Assembly (NCBI RefSeq): GCF_006345805.1
Contig: NC_043020.1
Span: 29,078,001-29,142,000 of the forward strand
Length of the DNA: 64,000 bases
Direction of reading: 5' to 3'
Source: Octopus sinensis
Taxonomy: Eukaryota
Shown: in pieces, positions 40,193 to 53,539 of the stretch
How the letters are laid out: each line of letters starts with the position of its first letter
Position numbering within the stretch: the stretch's first letter is position 1
Notes under the pieces: generated by a model
Seen by the model: only the letters and a program-made list of their open reading frames with translations
Told to the model about the DNA's origin: nothing
The model's database searches: none
Position numbers and translations under genes: made by a program

Positions 40193-40848
40193 ACACACAT
40201 GGAGATAACATTTCATATTCAGAAAAAGGTTGACCAGGCTCAGCTTATGGTTAACATCTTTTCTCCCTCTCTCTCCCTTTCTCTCTCTCTCTCGACCATG
40301 TTAAAATGAGCTTACACCTGTTTCCTGTACAAAATGAATGAATAAAAGTAACTGTACATCCCTTCACATTTGACAAGAAGGAAACCTTATAACGAACCCC
40401 CACGTGTGGACCCTCCTGGTTGTCTTTCAGCTTAATGGTTTTTTTCTTTGTCCTTTATTTTTTTAAACATTTTTACAAAACCAAATAAAATAAATACCAA
40501 ACCGTTTTGTGTAGTTATTCTGTTTAAAGTCTCCCAACTAGGAAACCCACATTGGTCCCCTGCTGGTATATTTCCACCACCCGAATAGAAAGTTAGGGGT
40601 CCTTAGCAGTCGTTTGACTTGCTAGAAATAACACTGGAAAATATTCGAACACCTTCACGTAGAGATTTGGAAGACAAGGGGAGAAATATAATTGTGTGGC
40701 ATTCATGGTTTTCTCAAGGTTGTTGATATTGGCACTGGGGGGGGGGGGGGGGGGCTGTGGTTAAAAAATCTTACTTCCCAACTCTGTGACCTGAGGTTCA
40801 GTTCCATTGCGCAATACCTTGGGCAAGTATTTCGTTTATTATAGCTGC

Positions 40849-41167
40849 GGAGGCTGTGGTAAAAGCCTTGTGAATGGCTTTAGTAGAGAGAAACTGGAAG
40901 AAGACTTTTGTGTATGTATGAAGGGTAAAGGATCCCCTTCGGTCGTGAATGACCATGGCATTGCACCTCAAAAGTTGCCCTCTGTGGCACAAGTCCAGGC
41001 AAGGTTGTTTAGGGAAGACCAGCAGGACTTGTGCCTCAGAGGGCAACTTTTGAGGTGCAATGCCATGGTCATTCAGGACCGAATGGGGCCCTTTACCCTT
41101 TAAGCACACAGAAAAATCTTCGTTTCTCTCTCCTAAATCCACTCACAAGGCTTTTACTATAGCCTCC
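40849..41167. repeat. Fold-back (palindromic) SINE composite
   Basis: Inner arms 40921-40996 and 41025-41100 (5 mismatches in 76 bp) with a 28-nt loop; looser outer arms extend to 40849 and 41167. Confidence 0.9.
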
Positions 41168-43047
41168 TGTTAAACTGTCCAACCAATGCCAGCATGGAAA
41201 ACGGATGTTAAATAATGATGATGACAACGAGGATACAGAGATCAGCAGATCAAGAAGAGTGTATATCGATGAACTTGTAGAAGACCCTATGTATCAGGTC
41301 AACGATCTGAAGACTGCCATGGAAGAGTTGCATTGGTCCAGTGCAGGTCACCCTAACCAAATAGATAGAGAAGTGTTAGTATATATTGTTCAGATGGTAG
41401 GTAGAATGGGAACCTTTGTTCAGCACATCTTAGTCACTATAAAGGAACCTACAACACTGGCGTACCAGTGTTTACTAGTAAACAATTATTGAACATAGGA
41501 GGCAACACATCTGGTTCACCTGATATGACATGCTTTCATCTGATTTGCTGTTCATGCTACACATTCTAGCACATCAAGTAAAGTAGCGTGCCCAAGGTTT
41601 CTGCTATGTCAACAGCTAGGTTTGAACACCTAAATCTAGGGACTCGACCTATTAGTCCTACTATGCGGCACCTTGGGAAAGTGTCTTCTGTTATAGCCCT
41701 GGGCCGACCAACTTCTTATGAGTTGATTTAATAGATAGAAACTAAAAGAATCTCATCTGTCCATGCTAGCATGGGTTGGACGATTTTGACTGAGGACTGG
41801 CGAACCAGGCTCCAATCTTCATCTCGCAGAGTTTCTACAGCTGGATGCTCTTCCTAACACCAACCACTCCGAGAGTGTAGTGGGTGCTTTTACATGTCAC
41901 CGGCACGGGGGCCAGTCAGGCGGTACTGGCATGACCTCGCTCGAATATTTTTACACATGGCACAGGTGCCAGTAAGGCGATGAATGGAATAATAATAATA
42001 TCCCATCCCACCACTCCACTGTGCTACGCAACCTGACAGCTAAAGACAATGAGAAAAATAGACAGATACAAACACTAGAATCCATAAACTCATACACACA
42101 CAAAAACATACACATACTAAAGATGGAATGGAAAAGCAAAATACAAAACAACTAAAAAACTGTAGTAAGCAAAACACAGACATGTACACACCACACACAG
42201 ATACATATGGATTAAGCAGAACAAGAAGAGACATGGGATAGAGGGTCGCTGAAGAGGTCACAGGATGTGTGAAAAAAATAACTGACAACGAAATTTTTTT
42301 TAAAATAAGAAATCTGAAGTGAAGAGCAGATATTTAGTGAGTGTGTTTAATTGGCGAAATATGACCATCACCAAGTATAACTCACTCTCTCTCTCTCTAT
42401 ATATATATACATACATGTATATACGTATATATCTATGTGTGTCTTTGTGTTTGCATTTGTTGTCACAATAATTTGACAACCAGTGTGGGTCCATTTGTGT
42501 CCCTGTGACTTAGTGGTTTGGCAAAAGAGACTGATAGAAAAAGTACTAGGCTTAAAATAAAAGTCGGGTGTTGATTTGTTTGGCTAAAACCCTTGGGGGT
42601 GTTGCCCCAGCATGGCCACAGTCTAATGACCGAAACAAGTAAAAGATGAAAAAAAAAAAGACGACCACGAGATTTCATCATTAGAAAGATTTTATTTTAG
42701 AAAAATAATTGAAAAGATTTTCTTGAGACAGTAAAAAAGACAGGAAAAAATGTTTCATTGTTATTTCATAAATAAATAAAAGGAAGAGTCTTTTTGTTTC
42801 CTTTTTACTTTGTTGTCACATGACAAATTTACATCTTCAATGGCTGCATTTACTGGACTTGATAAATAGAACCTAAATAAATAATTTGGCAGTCAAACTT
42901 ACCAAACAAGGCTCAATCATGTTGAGTTTATTTTGCTACAAAATTCAGTCAAATTCCCCAGCAATTCTTATAAAAGAATGTCCTTTGCTGTAAGCCCCTA
43001 AGGGCCTGGCATTGGTGGAACTAAACCCAGTACCAGACTAGGTTTTT

Positions 43048-43278
43048 TATTTCTTTATTGCCCACAGGGGGCTAAACATAGAGGGGACGAACAAGGACAG
43101 ACAAAGGGATTAAGTCGATTACATCGACCCCAGTGTGTAACTGGTACTTAATTTATCGACCCCGAAAGGATGAAAGACAAAGTCGACCTCGGCGGAATTT
43201 GAACTCAGAACGTAATGGCAGACGAAATACCGCTAAGCATTTCGGCCGGTGTGCTAACGTTCCTGCCAGTTTGCCGCC
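43048..43278 (-). mobile_element. Family-M SINE with 18-bp TSD
   Basis: TSD GTACCAGA(C/T)TAGGTTTTT at 43030-43047 and 43280-43297. Confidence 0.88.
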
Positions 43279-46200
43279 TGTACCAGATTAGGTTTTTCAC
43301 CCAACACTTTGTTTAAAGTGATTATAAGTTTATGAGACAAGCACCAGTTTATTATACAAATGTTTTAATAAACCCTTTGAGCACAGTTTTCTCAAGCTTC
43401 TACCGATTGATAAGGTTTGGCTTTTCGAAATCAATCAATTGATAATTGATGGTTTTACTGTGCAACTTTAATCTCATAATACAGAAGTAAATTTTCAAAA
43501 TTATATAATTTATATCACTTTTTATATGAATTATAATATATAATTCTTTGATAAATTTTATATAACAATAAATCATATATCATAAATATAATTTTATGCA
43601 TGATTTATATTATATAATAAATTTCATATAAATTATATTATTTGGATAATATTTTCAAAAATTTGAAAATATAATTTAAATATTTCAGTTCACAATATAT
43701 TGTGAAAATCCAATGTTGGAAACAACATTGAAATCCTTATATATACACACATACATGTATATATTAACAAAAAATATTGATGGGAAGTTCAAGTCCAGTA
43801 GCCATTATTGATTAATAATTAAATATTTATTAATTACAAAAAAAAAAAAAGTTCATGATTGTATTTATTTCATTGTATTTTACTCCTGTAAATGTTTTTT
43901 TTTTTCTGAGCATTTAGGCTTTTATACAGTTTTTCAGTTTTTATTCTCCACCTTAGTGGATTCAAGCAATTATTGCAACAAGCTAAACAAAACAAAACAA
44001 AACAAAACAAAAACAAAAAAAAAAGAAGAAAAAGGTTGCTTTGACATGTTCTAAAAGTATAAATGAAGTTTCTGAATAGTTTTCTGAGTTCTGAAGGCAT
44101 TTTTCTGACAAGACAACGTTTAGACAGAAAGAACTTGTCCATTTTAATCTTCAATTACTAGACTCATTTTCTAGTATTGCCTGGGGAAAAAAAATCTGTT
44201 CTAACAAATCATGATTGTCATATTAAGGGGTGAAATGAGATTAAGACAAAAACAAGACCCCCCCAAAAATCTGTACTTTAACAAGAACTCAGATTTTTAG
44301 GACCGCATGTTGTGTTTCAAAGATCTCAGTTTTTGGAAGACCAGGAATTTTGCTGGAGTTGAAGAATTTATAGTCTCAAACATGGTGGCAGAGAAGAATA
44401 TCTACTCTTACCTTTAAGTAGTTGCTGATGAAACTAGTCGTTAACCCTCAACTAATTGCTGATTAAATGAAAAAAGAAATCAGAGATTATTTAACATAAT
44501 GATCTCAAACATACATAAAAAAAAATTGATGCAGTGAACATTTGCAGTAATTGCAAGGGTGCAGCTGTAATTGAAGTGCATTTATAGCTGTGCAACAAAT
44601 ATAGCAAGCATGTGTGTATCACAGCAACATGGTGATGGCTTGTCAGAACAGTGCAGCGTTTGTGCTTTTTGGTATTAACAAACATGAGCAACAGTCATGT
44701 TCCATTTTTTATATCGCAACTTTGCTCCAGGTTGATGCTCAGTCCAAAGTTTTACTAACCCAGTGGAAAGGGATTCATTTGTGTCTGAAAGGTTTTGCAA
44801 ATACAGCATCAGTGGTGAATGGCATGAGAGTATTGCTGACTTCCTTTTTGCTCTGAGGTGGGTGAAATTGTAAAGTCTGCTGTGTGATCTGGTGTGAGGG
44901 TTGAGACTCCTTCTGTTGCCCCGTGAAAGGCATGCTCCAGAATCACAGTGAAGGACATCGCCAAGAGAGCAACAGAAACAGAGAGACTCCATCAGTCATC
45001 ACAACTGACAACTATGAACTGGATATTTTCCATCTTGGATTGACTTTTGCAAAGAATCTCTTCTAACATTAAAGGGATTTTAACAGTTTTGATCAAGATA
45101 GCAGAAAACATTGGCTCTTTTGTTAGTGTACAGACGTATGACAATGAAACTTGTATAACCTATGCCAGGCAGGAGAGAACTCTGCTGTGTTCTGGGTATA
45201 TCCTGGCAAGATCAAGTGATCAACACTGAAATTCTGATCCCTGTTGATCTCTCCAGCTTGTCTCACACTTTGCTGCTCAGACATCACACAGCTTGGGCCA
45301 AACCTATTGCACAGTGGCTGACCACATCTCTAACCCATCAGAATTGACATTACTCTGTCAAATGTAATGCTTATATATTCACATTGCTTTGAATTGAATT
45401 AATCCTGCATTATCTCGTAACTTCAACATTTTTAATGATGTAACTGTTTATTTTTAAAATGATATCGCAGGGTAGGTGTGCGAGGCCAGGTAAAATATTT
45501 GGGCTGGATGTGGTCTGTTTAACTGCTAAAGGGCTAAAGACCTCTTCCATAGTGGACTGTCCACTGGAAGGAGGAGAACAACAGGTTGTCTCTACCTGCA
45601 TTTCAGCAATATCTGCAAGAAGGGCATGAAGACCCTTGATGTCAATGTTGAGTGCTGGGAGGATCGCTTGACTGCAAAAAGGGAGAAAGAACCTTGCATC
45701 AGTGTATCAGGGTAGGACAACAGAACCCAACAGATGCCGCATCGAAGCATGCCTGCATGAAAGAACCTTCATTGCAGACACAAAATCATTTGCGGATGTG
45801 GACTTTGCAATAGGTGCTGTCCTTTTGTAAAGGACATCTCATTCACAAGAAACACTGCTCCAGAAGAACAGGTCTCTAAGATGTGACGATCGAAGTCAGC
45901 AACAGTCACTAACTAATATTACTTTTGATAAAATGGGACATTATTAGGATAGTCAGCAACCTGGACATTCAGACAGAAATTCAGTTGCAATAATATTTTA
46001 AAATTTTGCTAAAAAGCTAAAAATTCATAAGAAATGGTAAATGTGACATGACATTCATTGGTAGTGTAATTAAGATGACAACTGATGAAGAGATCCATCT
46101 AAGGTGTGGCATTGATGCTGTCACTTTTGCTACCAGATGAGTAAAAACAATAAAATAAATGAGAAAATGGAGAAAAATGTCTTTTTTAAAATTTGCAAAC

Positions 46201-47111
46201 AATAAAAAATTTTCATGTGTAAATCTTTCCATCACCAGGAATATCTCTTGTTTATTTCATTGCAGATATTAAAATTTTGTTTGTTTGGTATATTTCAAAA
46301 TTTCTTCAATTTTATCTTAAATAATTATCACAGCTGTTGTTCTTCGTTATTTTTATAATTATTTTTGCCAGTGTAAAAAATGGTCACTGTTGTCCAAACC
46401 AGTAAAGTTAGACCAACTAGTCAATGGTTCAAATCTCATTAGAAGCATTGAACTGTGTTTAAGCCCAAGGCACTTAACACTTGCCAAAGCAGTTTGCCTA
46501 TGTTTTGTGAGGTTGCAGAGACCCAAAACAAGGCAAAAAAAGCCCAAATCCCAGCCCTTACATAGGTTTGGACATTGATAGCTTTCTTGCATTTGTTCTG
46601 TTTTAGCAAATTCTGTCAACACTTCATTTAAGTGGACTCGGTACAAACAAATTGAAATTATAACAATACAAAAATTTAGTTAATTATCAGTCTGGCTTTT
46701 TTTGTTTAGAGCATAAAGACATGAATATTTTGGTACCAGACATTTTCGTAGGCAAACTCTCAGCTGCAGTAATGTCAGATCAGCAGCTCAAAAGATTTGG
46801 TACAAATTCTGAGATCTTGAGTTTTTTTTGAAAATACTTTTCATGAACAGGCAGAAATTCGTTTATTTATCACAGCTTTGTACTTGGGTTATAGAATGAA
46901 TTTAGGATTTGCTGGTAACCCATGGTATCTTGGACACACACACACACACACATGTGTGCACCTCTCCATATGACTGCATGTGCAAAACAAAACAGTTGTG
47001 AACAAATTGGTATCAACAATAAAATGGATGACGCATTCTTCCCCCTTTCTCCTTCCATATATATGTCACAGAAAGAGAGGGAACTTTATATACATATATA
47101 TATATATATAT

Positions 47112-47673
47112 ATTATATAAAAGGGCTTAGTAAAATAAATTACTTTGCCGCATACTGAACTCATTAGAAATAGTAGCTAAAAAAACTTTTTTAAAACTAT
47201 TTCTAATACTTAAAGAAAACCTCTCTCATATAGTGTTTGCTCAATTCAACTCACGAAAGTATAGTGTTTACTGATTTTAACCCACGCTGGTGGAAAGGGG
47301 AGAGCAGAAATTCTTCGCTTGCATATTTGAGTTTGCTGGCACTGTTAGTTTCGAGCAGATCTTCAGAAGCGATAAGAAGCCGAAAGGGTATGCTCCCACT
47401 TTCAGTGTTTTCAAATCCAAACCAAGGAGTTCTGAGCTGATGATAGAAATGTCGAGTTGACTAATCTTGAAACGTACGTTCTCAAATAACCTTTGCATTT
47501 GATTTTTTAATGTCTTTACCCCCATACTTTCGTGAGTTGAATTGAGCAAACACTATATGAGAGAGGTTTTCTTTAAGTATTAGAAATAGTTTTAAAAAAG
47601 TTTTTTTAGCTACTATTTCTAATGAGTTCAGTATGCGGCAAAGTAATTATTTTACTAAGCCCTTTTATATAAT
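47112..47673. mobile_element. MITE / fold-back element with ~150-bp TIRs
   Basis: Arms 47112-47262 and 47524-47673 are identical except for a 1-nt indel; 261-bp spacer. Confidence 0.88.
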
Positions 47674-47780
47674 GTAATAATTTGAATTCGCCTTAAATGG
47701 TCCCTTTGCATACTGAATACTTGGTGAAATTGATTAATAATTAATTAATTTTACCCTCAATTGTTGAAATTATATATATA

Positions 47781-47837
<57 letters not shown>

Positions 47838-47844
47838 GTATGTA

Positions 47845-47909
<65 letters not shown>

Positions 47910-48116
47910 TTGTATATATATGTATACAAGAGGCATTAAAGCAGTTCTGTTCACGTTTTGTTTCTTATGCCATAAATGTGTTAATTTTAGTTTATACTAT
48001 ATCATAAAATATCTTAGTCATATATGTATATCTATCTATCTATATTATATATATATGTATGTGTATATATATATATACATACATACATATATATATATGT
48101 ATGTGTATATATATAT

Positions 48117-48147
<31 letters not shown>

Positions 48148-48222
48148 CACACATATATATATAATATAGATAGATAGATATACATAAATATACATATACA
48201 TACATACATATATATATATAAT

Positions 48223-48261
<39 letters not shown>

Positions 48262-48398
48262 CCATCCTTGTGTGTGTGTCCATCCTTGTACATATAAAAT
48301 TGGAATAATTCAACCAATATAGTTTGCATGGTGCAATGTTTTTGAAAGGAACTCAGTTTGGTCCTATGGTTCAGCCACGAAGAGTTTGGCCCGGTTCC

Positions 48399-48462
48399 TT
48401 ATCTGATTGATGAGGCTTCATCTCCAAATGCAGAGAAAAAGAATTGTCTAGGATCAATATGC
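48399..48462 (-). CDS. Probable last coding exon of the mucin-like membrane protein ((R)HIDPRQFFFSAFGDEASSIR*)
   Basis: Acceptor ccttttctgtctgcag; phase 2 matches the AG| donor of the TM exon; TAA at 48399-48401. Confidence 0.55.
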
Positions 48463-49484
48463 CTGCAGACAGAAAAGGTGAGAATAAGCAACAAGCAATG
48501 GGAAAGACAAAACATTTATGGCGGCTGCTAACCTGCGAAACATTGTAATAGCTGCAATAATAATAATAATAATAATAATAATGATAATCGTAATAATAAT
48601 TTCAAATTTTGATCCAAGGCCAGGAATTTTGGGGCCTGAGATAATTCAGTGATATTGACCCCGGTTTTCAACTGGTACTTATTTTTATTGATCCCAAAAG
48701 GATGAAAGGCAAAGTCAACCTCGGCAGAATTTGAACTCAGAATGTCAAGACGGATGAAATGCCATTAAAAGTTTTGGCTGGTGTGCTAACACTTCTGCCA
48801 GCTTGCTGCCTTTTCATTTCAAATTTTGGGCACAAGGGCTGTAGATTTTTTTTTTTTGAGGGGGGGAGGATAACTCGATTACATCGAAACCCCTCCCCAC
48901 CAGTTCTCAACTGGTACTTATTTTATCAACCCTGAAAGGATGAAAGGCAAAGTCAACCTTGGGAGAATTTGAACTCAGAAAAAAATAAGGACAGGCAAAA
49001 ATGCTACTAAGTATTTTGGCAAGTGTGCTAACAATTCTGCCAGCTTTCTGTCTTAATAATAATAATAATAATAATTATAATAATAATAACAATATTTGTT
49101 TTAACCCTAAGTACTGTATTTTAGTGAACCTGGTGTGATGAAAGACAAAACTGATCTCTATTTCTACACAGAAAGTGTATGGTGTTAAGTGAGGTCCTGC
49201 AAATAAAGCGTTTGATTTAGTTTGCTTCTTCATCATTTTGAAGAATGGTGACGATAGTGCTGCTGCTGCTGAGGATGATGATGATGATGATGATGATGAT
49301 GGTGATAAGGAAACAGTGAAAAACATTGCTGCTGTGCAGGTGGTGTTGGTGCTGTATTGGTGCATGTGACCGGTGCAAGGTTGCAGTTTAGGCATTTCTG
49401 GCCATCAAACAGAAAAGCACGAGACACTTCATTACTGAGCTGTTTTTAACCAATACGTTCAGTAAACTATTTCTACTTACACGT

Positions 49485-49518
<34 letters not shown>

Positions 49519-49783
49519 ACAGACAGAACTAGAATTTTATTCTATCTTACCATTTTTTACCTTACTCTGTTATTCTAACTGAATCTCCCACATCTTGGTT
49601 GTCTAACATGTTCTCTCTGAAGATGCCTCGAAGCTTAACCAATATCCAATCTCTGACCAATGTCTGTTCATCCCTGTATATCACTGACGTGATGAGGATG
49701 ACTTGGAAGATTTTAACGCCTCATGTTCGAAACGGCTGTAAGGGATTTGTATCTGTACACTCATCTATTATTATTCATTCATT

Positions 49784-49828
<45 letters not shown>

Positions 49829-50520
49829 CCATTTATGTATTTATTGGCTGATTTCATTCACTTACTTGTACCATTTAAACACACGTTTGTTCTCATTTAA
49901 TAAATAGATATAATGGAATTCTTACAGGCTGATGTTTGTCAATTTTATATCCTCTCCATTTTCTTATTTGCCTTATATATATATATATATATATATGTAG
50001 TGGTATCTTAGATATCAACAGAATGGCTCAATGACCCAACTGTAACAGTTCTATGCCAAAACATGAAAGTTGAGGGCCTTGAACTCCAGTGGCAATAAAA
50101 GATTGTAGAGAGTGTGTGTTTGTGTGTGTGTGCATGTGCGTGTGTCTATATTTTCTTACCAGGCCTTATGAGTCATAAGGCCAGTTGCCTGGTTTCCAAG
50201 CTGTATAGATTACCAAGAACGCATTTGCCCCTGAACAAGACGCCAGAACACTGCAACGAGGCTAGCAGTTTGAGGGGAGGGGCAAGTCGATTACATCAAC
50301 TGCAGTACTTGACTGGTACTTTAATTTATTGACCTCGAAAGGATAAACGGCAAAGTTGACCTTGGCAGGATTTGAACTCAGAATGTAAAGAGTTGGAAGA
50401 AATGCTGCTAAGGATTTCCTCCAACTCTTTTGATGTGCAAATAATTCTTGCTGCTTTGTAGATGTATATATATATATATAATGTATGTATATACATGTAG
50501 GTATATATATATATATATAT

Positions 50521-50567
<47 letters not shown>

Positions 50568-50678
50568 GTATATATGTGTATATATGTGTATATATGTATA
50601 TATGTATATATATATATATATATGTGTGTATATATATCTATATATATGTATATATGTGTATATATGTATATATGTGTA

Positions 50679-50720
<42 letters not shown>

Positions 50721-51736
50721 ATACACACATACATATACATATACATATATATATACATATACATACATACATATATATATATATAAATGAGTAAAGAAAC
50801 ATTTAAATATGAAAAAAATTTAATCTTGTACAACATGTCAAAGGTTATATACAGTGAGGGGTCTCATCTTTAAAATCCACCTCCTCTTTCATACCGGCTG
50901 TATAAATAATAATAATAATAATAATAATAATATAAATAACATGAATAATCCTTTCTACTTGAATTTTCTAATTTTAGGGAAAGGATCAAGCCGATTACAT
51001 CAACCCCAGTGTATAACTGGTACTTATTTAATCGATCCTGAAAGGATGAAAGGCAAAGTCGACCTCATAAATAACATTAATAATAATAGTGAAAAAAAAA
51101 TATTGCTTTCAAATTTTGACACAAGGTCAACAATTTCGTAGAATGGGGTCAATTGATTACGTTGACTTCCAGTGTATAACTGGTACTTATTTTATTGACT
51201 CCGATTGGATGAAAAGCAAAAGTCAGCACTGGCAACATTTGAACTTAGAATGCAAAGACGGATGGAATGCCCCTAAGCATTTCGTCCGGCTTGTTAAAGA
51301 TCTTGCCAGCTTACTGCCTTAATATTAAATAATAAAAAAAAAATTAAATTAATATTATTAATGACCACAGCAACAACAACAATAACAACAGTTATAAGAG
51401 GAACAAAACAAAAAAATAGTGTGAGATCATAGACTTTGTGATAGCATATGACGAGAGAGTGAGCATCAAAGAAAATTGAGAAAATTGCGAAAAATTGGGG
51501 CCAGGAAGAAATTGTGGAACATAAAAGCAGCAAGGCTTGTTGCTGTAGAAATGGTTCCCTTGGTTCAATACCCAGGCTGTTACCTAAGGGGCTGAATGGT
51601 ATTAAAATCGAGACATTGTTGACCAGCAGAAAAATGTCTCCTTGTTTTCCCCCCTGCAAGAATTCTATGGAAAATTCTTGGCGTAACTAAACCTCAGAAT
51701 AAAATCCCAGCAAATCGAATTAGCATGTAATAGCTT

Positions 51737-51780
<44 letters not shown>

Positions 51781-52309
51781 TAATCCTTTCTGCTGTGGGC
51801 ACAATGACTGAAATTTGGGGTTGATTATGCATTTTATTGACCCTGAAAAGATGAAAGGTGAAGTTTGGCACCAGGCCAGCAATTTTAGGTGAGGTGATAA
51901 GTCAATTACATCAACCCCCAGTACTCAACTGGTACTTGTTTTATTGACCCCGAGAGGATGAAAGGCAAAGTCAACCTCCGCAGAATTTGAACTCAGAAGG
52001 TAAGGAAATGCCACAAAGCATTCTGCCTGGCGTGCTAACGACTCTGCCAGCTCACTGCCCCAGTCTAGCTTTTAATATTAATTATAATAATAAATAAGTC
52101 TATCCAGCCAGATCCAGTTTGTACAGTAGTATCTATGTATATAAATCACTTTATACATGCAGCAACAACATGTTTAATAACACTTGTGATTACTCACTAA
52201 ACTCTTTCTTGCTTCTTTTATACTGACACAGGGTCATATTCGTTAGCTGTGTATATATATATATATATGTGTGTTTGTGTGTGTGTGTGTGTGTGAGTAT
52301 GCATATATA

Positions 52310-52361
<52 letters not shown>

Positions 52362-52668
52362 TGTGTGTGTGTGTGTGTATACATGTGTGCATATGCAGAC
52401 TCTATGAACAAAGTTTTACTTTCCCCATACCTATTGGAGTAATTTCCCTTTATTCAACGGTTTTTTATTCATAGCGTTTTTTTGTTTGTCTTAATAACTG
52501 ATGAGATGCCGGAGCAGACTTCAGCCCCAGCATCCGAAACTCAGAGTTTTATTATGACAACCAACTACTTGTCACATATTATATTTATAGATGAATTCCT
52601 CTATTTACATAATATCGCGGTCTCATTCATTCTTTTGTTGCAATATTATTATTATTATTGTTATCATT

Positions 52669-52748
<80 letters not shown>

Positions 52749-53091
52749 AAAAGTAAGATAGGGGTTATGGATGTAACCCATTATGGGATAACCTCATTAT
52801 GTTGACAACTATAGGCAATAAAAATAAAATTAACTACTTTTATCCATAGGCTGAAACAGCTGTAAGAAGTGATTTTAAGGATTTCAATAATTTATATTAT
52901 GACTTTTATAATTTGTATTCTTATCTTATATGTATTGAGTTATAAGATATATTTGTATGCTACTGAGGTTCTCATTTTGTTAAATGAATAAATAATCCAA
53001 CATTCTAATATCCGAAAGTTGGTGAACAAACTAAATTTGCTTCTCCATTTTCTTATTTGTATTATATATATATATGTATGTATATAATATG

Positions 53092-53133
<42 letters not shown>

Positions 53134-53156
53134 ATATAATATATATATATAGTATG

Positions 53157-53205
<49 letters not shown>

Positions 53206-53317
53206 GATGATCCGGTTCTTGACTGAAGACTGAGGGTTTCGAATGTCCTGTCCGTGTTTATTGTATCGTCTTCTAAGAGTTATACGTTCTTGTCCATGTT
53301 GTATTTTTCTACATACC

Positions 53318-53357
<40 letters not shown>

Positions 53358-53539
53358 CAATTATTCAACTGCTGGTCAGTCTTGACCAGAATTGGGAAAA
53401 GTCTTCTTTGTTATGGAAGTCACTGTGTCCCCATTATCGTTCTCTTAAATACCCCCTCCCCCCCAAATCCTCCCATCCCCCACTTCTATACCCCATCCCC
53501 TACTTCTGAAGTGACAAAATATGGTAGGACGATGCTCAC

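Noticed and set aside
39347-40216. Long Y/I/C/V/M ORFs (also at 4.4-5.0, 8.0-8.4, 9.2-9.7, 47.7-48.3, 50.4-50.8 and 55.2-55.4 kb)
   Set aside because: TA/TG microsatellite translations.
41205-41492. 95-aa ORF
   Set aside because: VYIDELVED...DLKTAMEE resembles a decayed LINE ORF2 C-terminus; no splice support. Similar decayed LINE scraps lie at ~45060-45900.
47277-47549. ORFs inside the long-TIR element as transposase
   Set aside because: Short, no DDE motifs, and they start within the TIRs.
48020-48190. Small inverted and tandem structure in a TA/TCTA tract
   Set aside because: Low-complexity self-complementary microsatellite; expected from slippage.
51400-51690. Non-repeat stretch with an open + frame (KIAKNWGQEE...)
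   Set aside because: No start or splice context and no recognisable homology.
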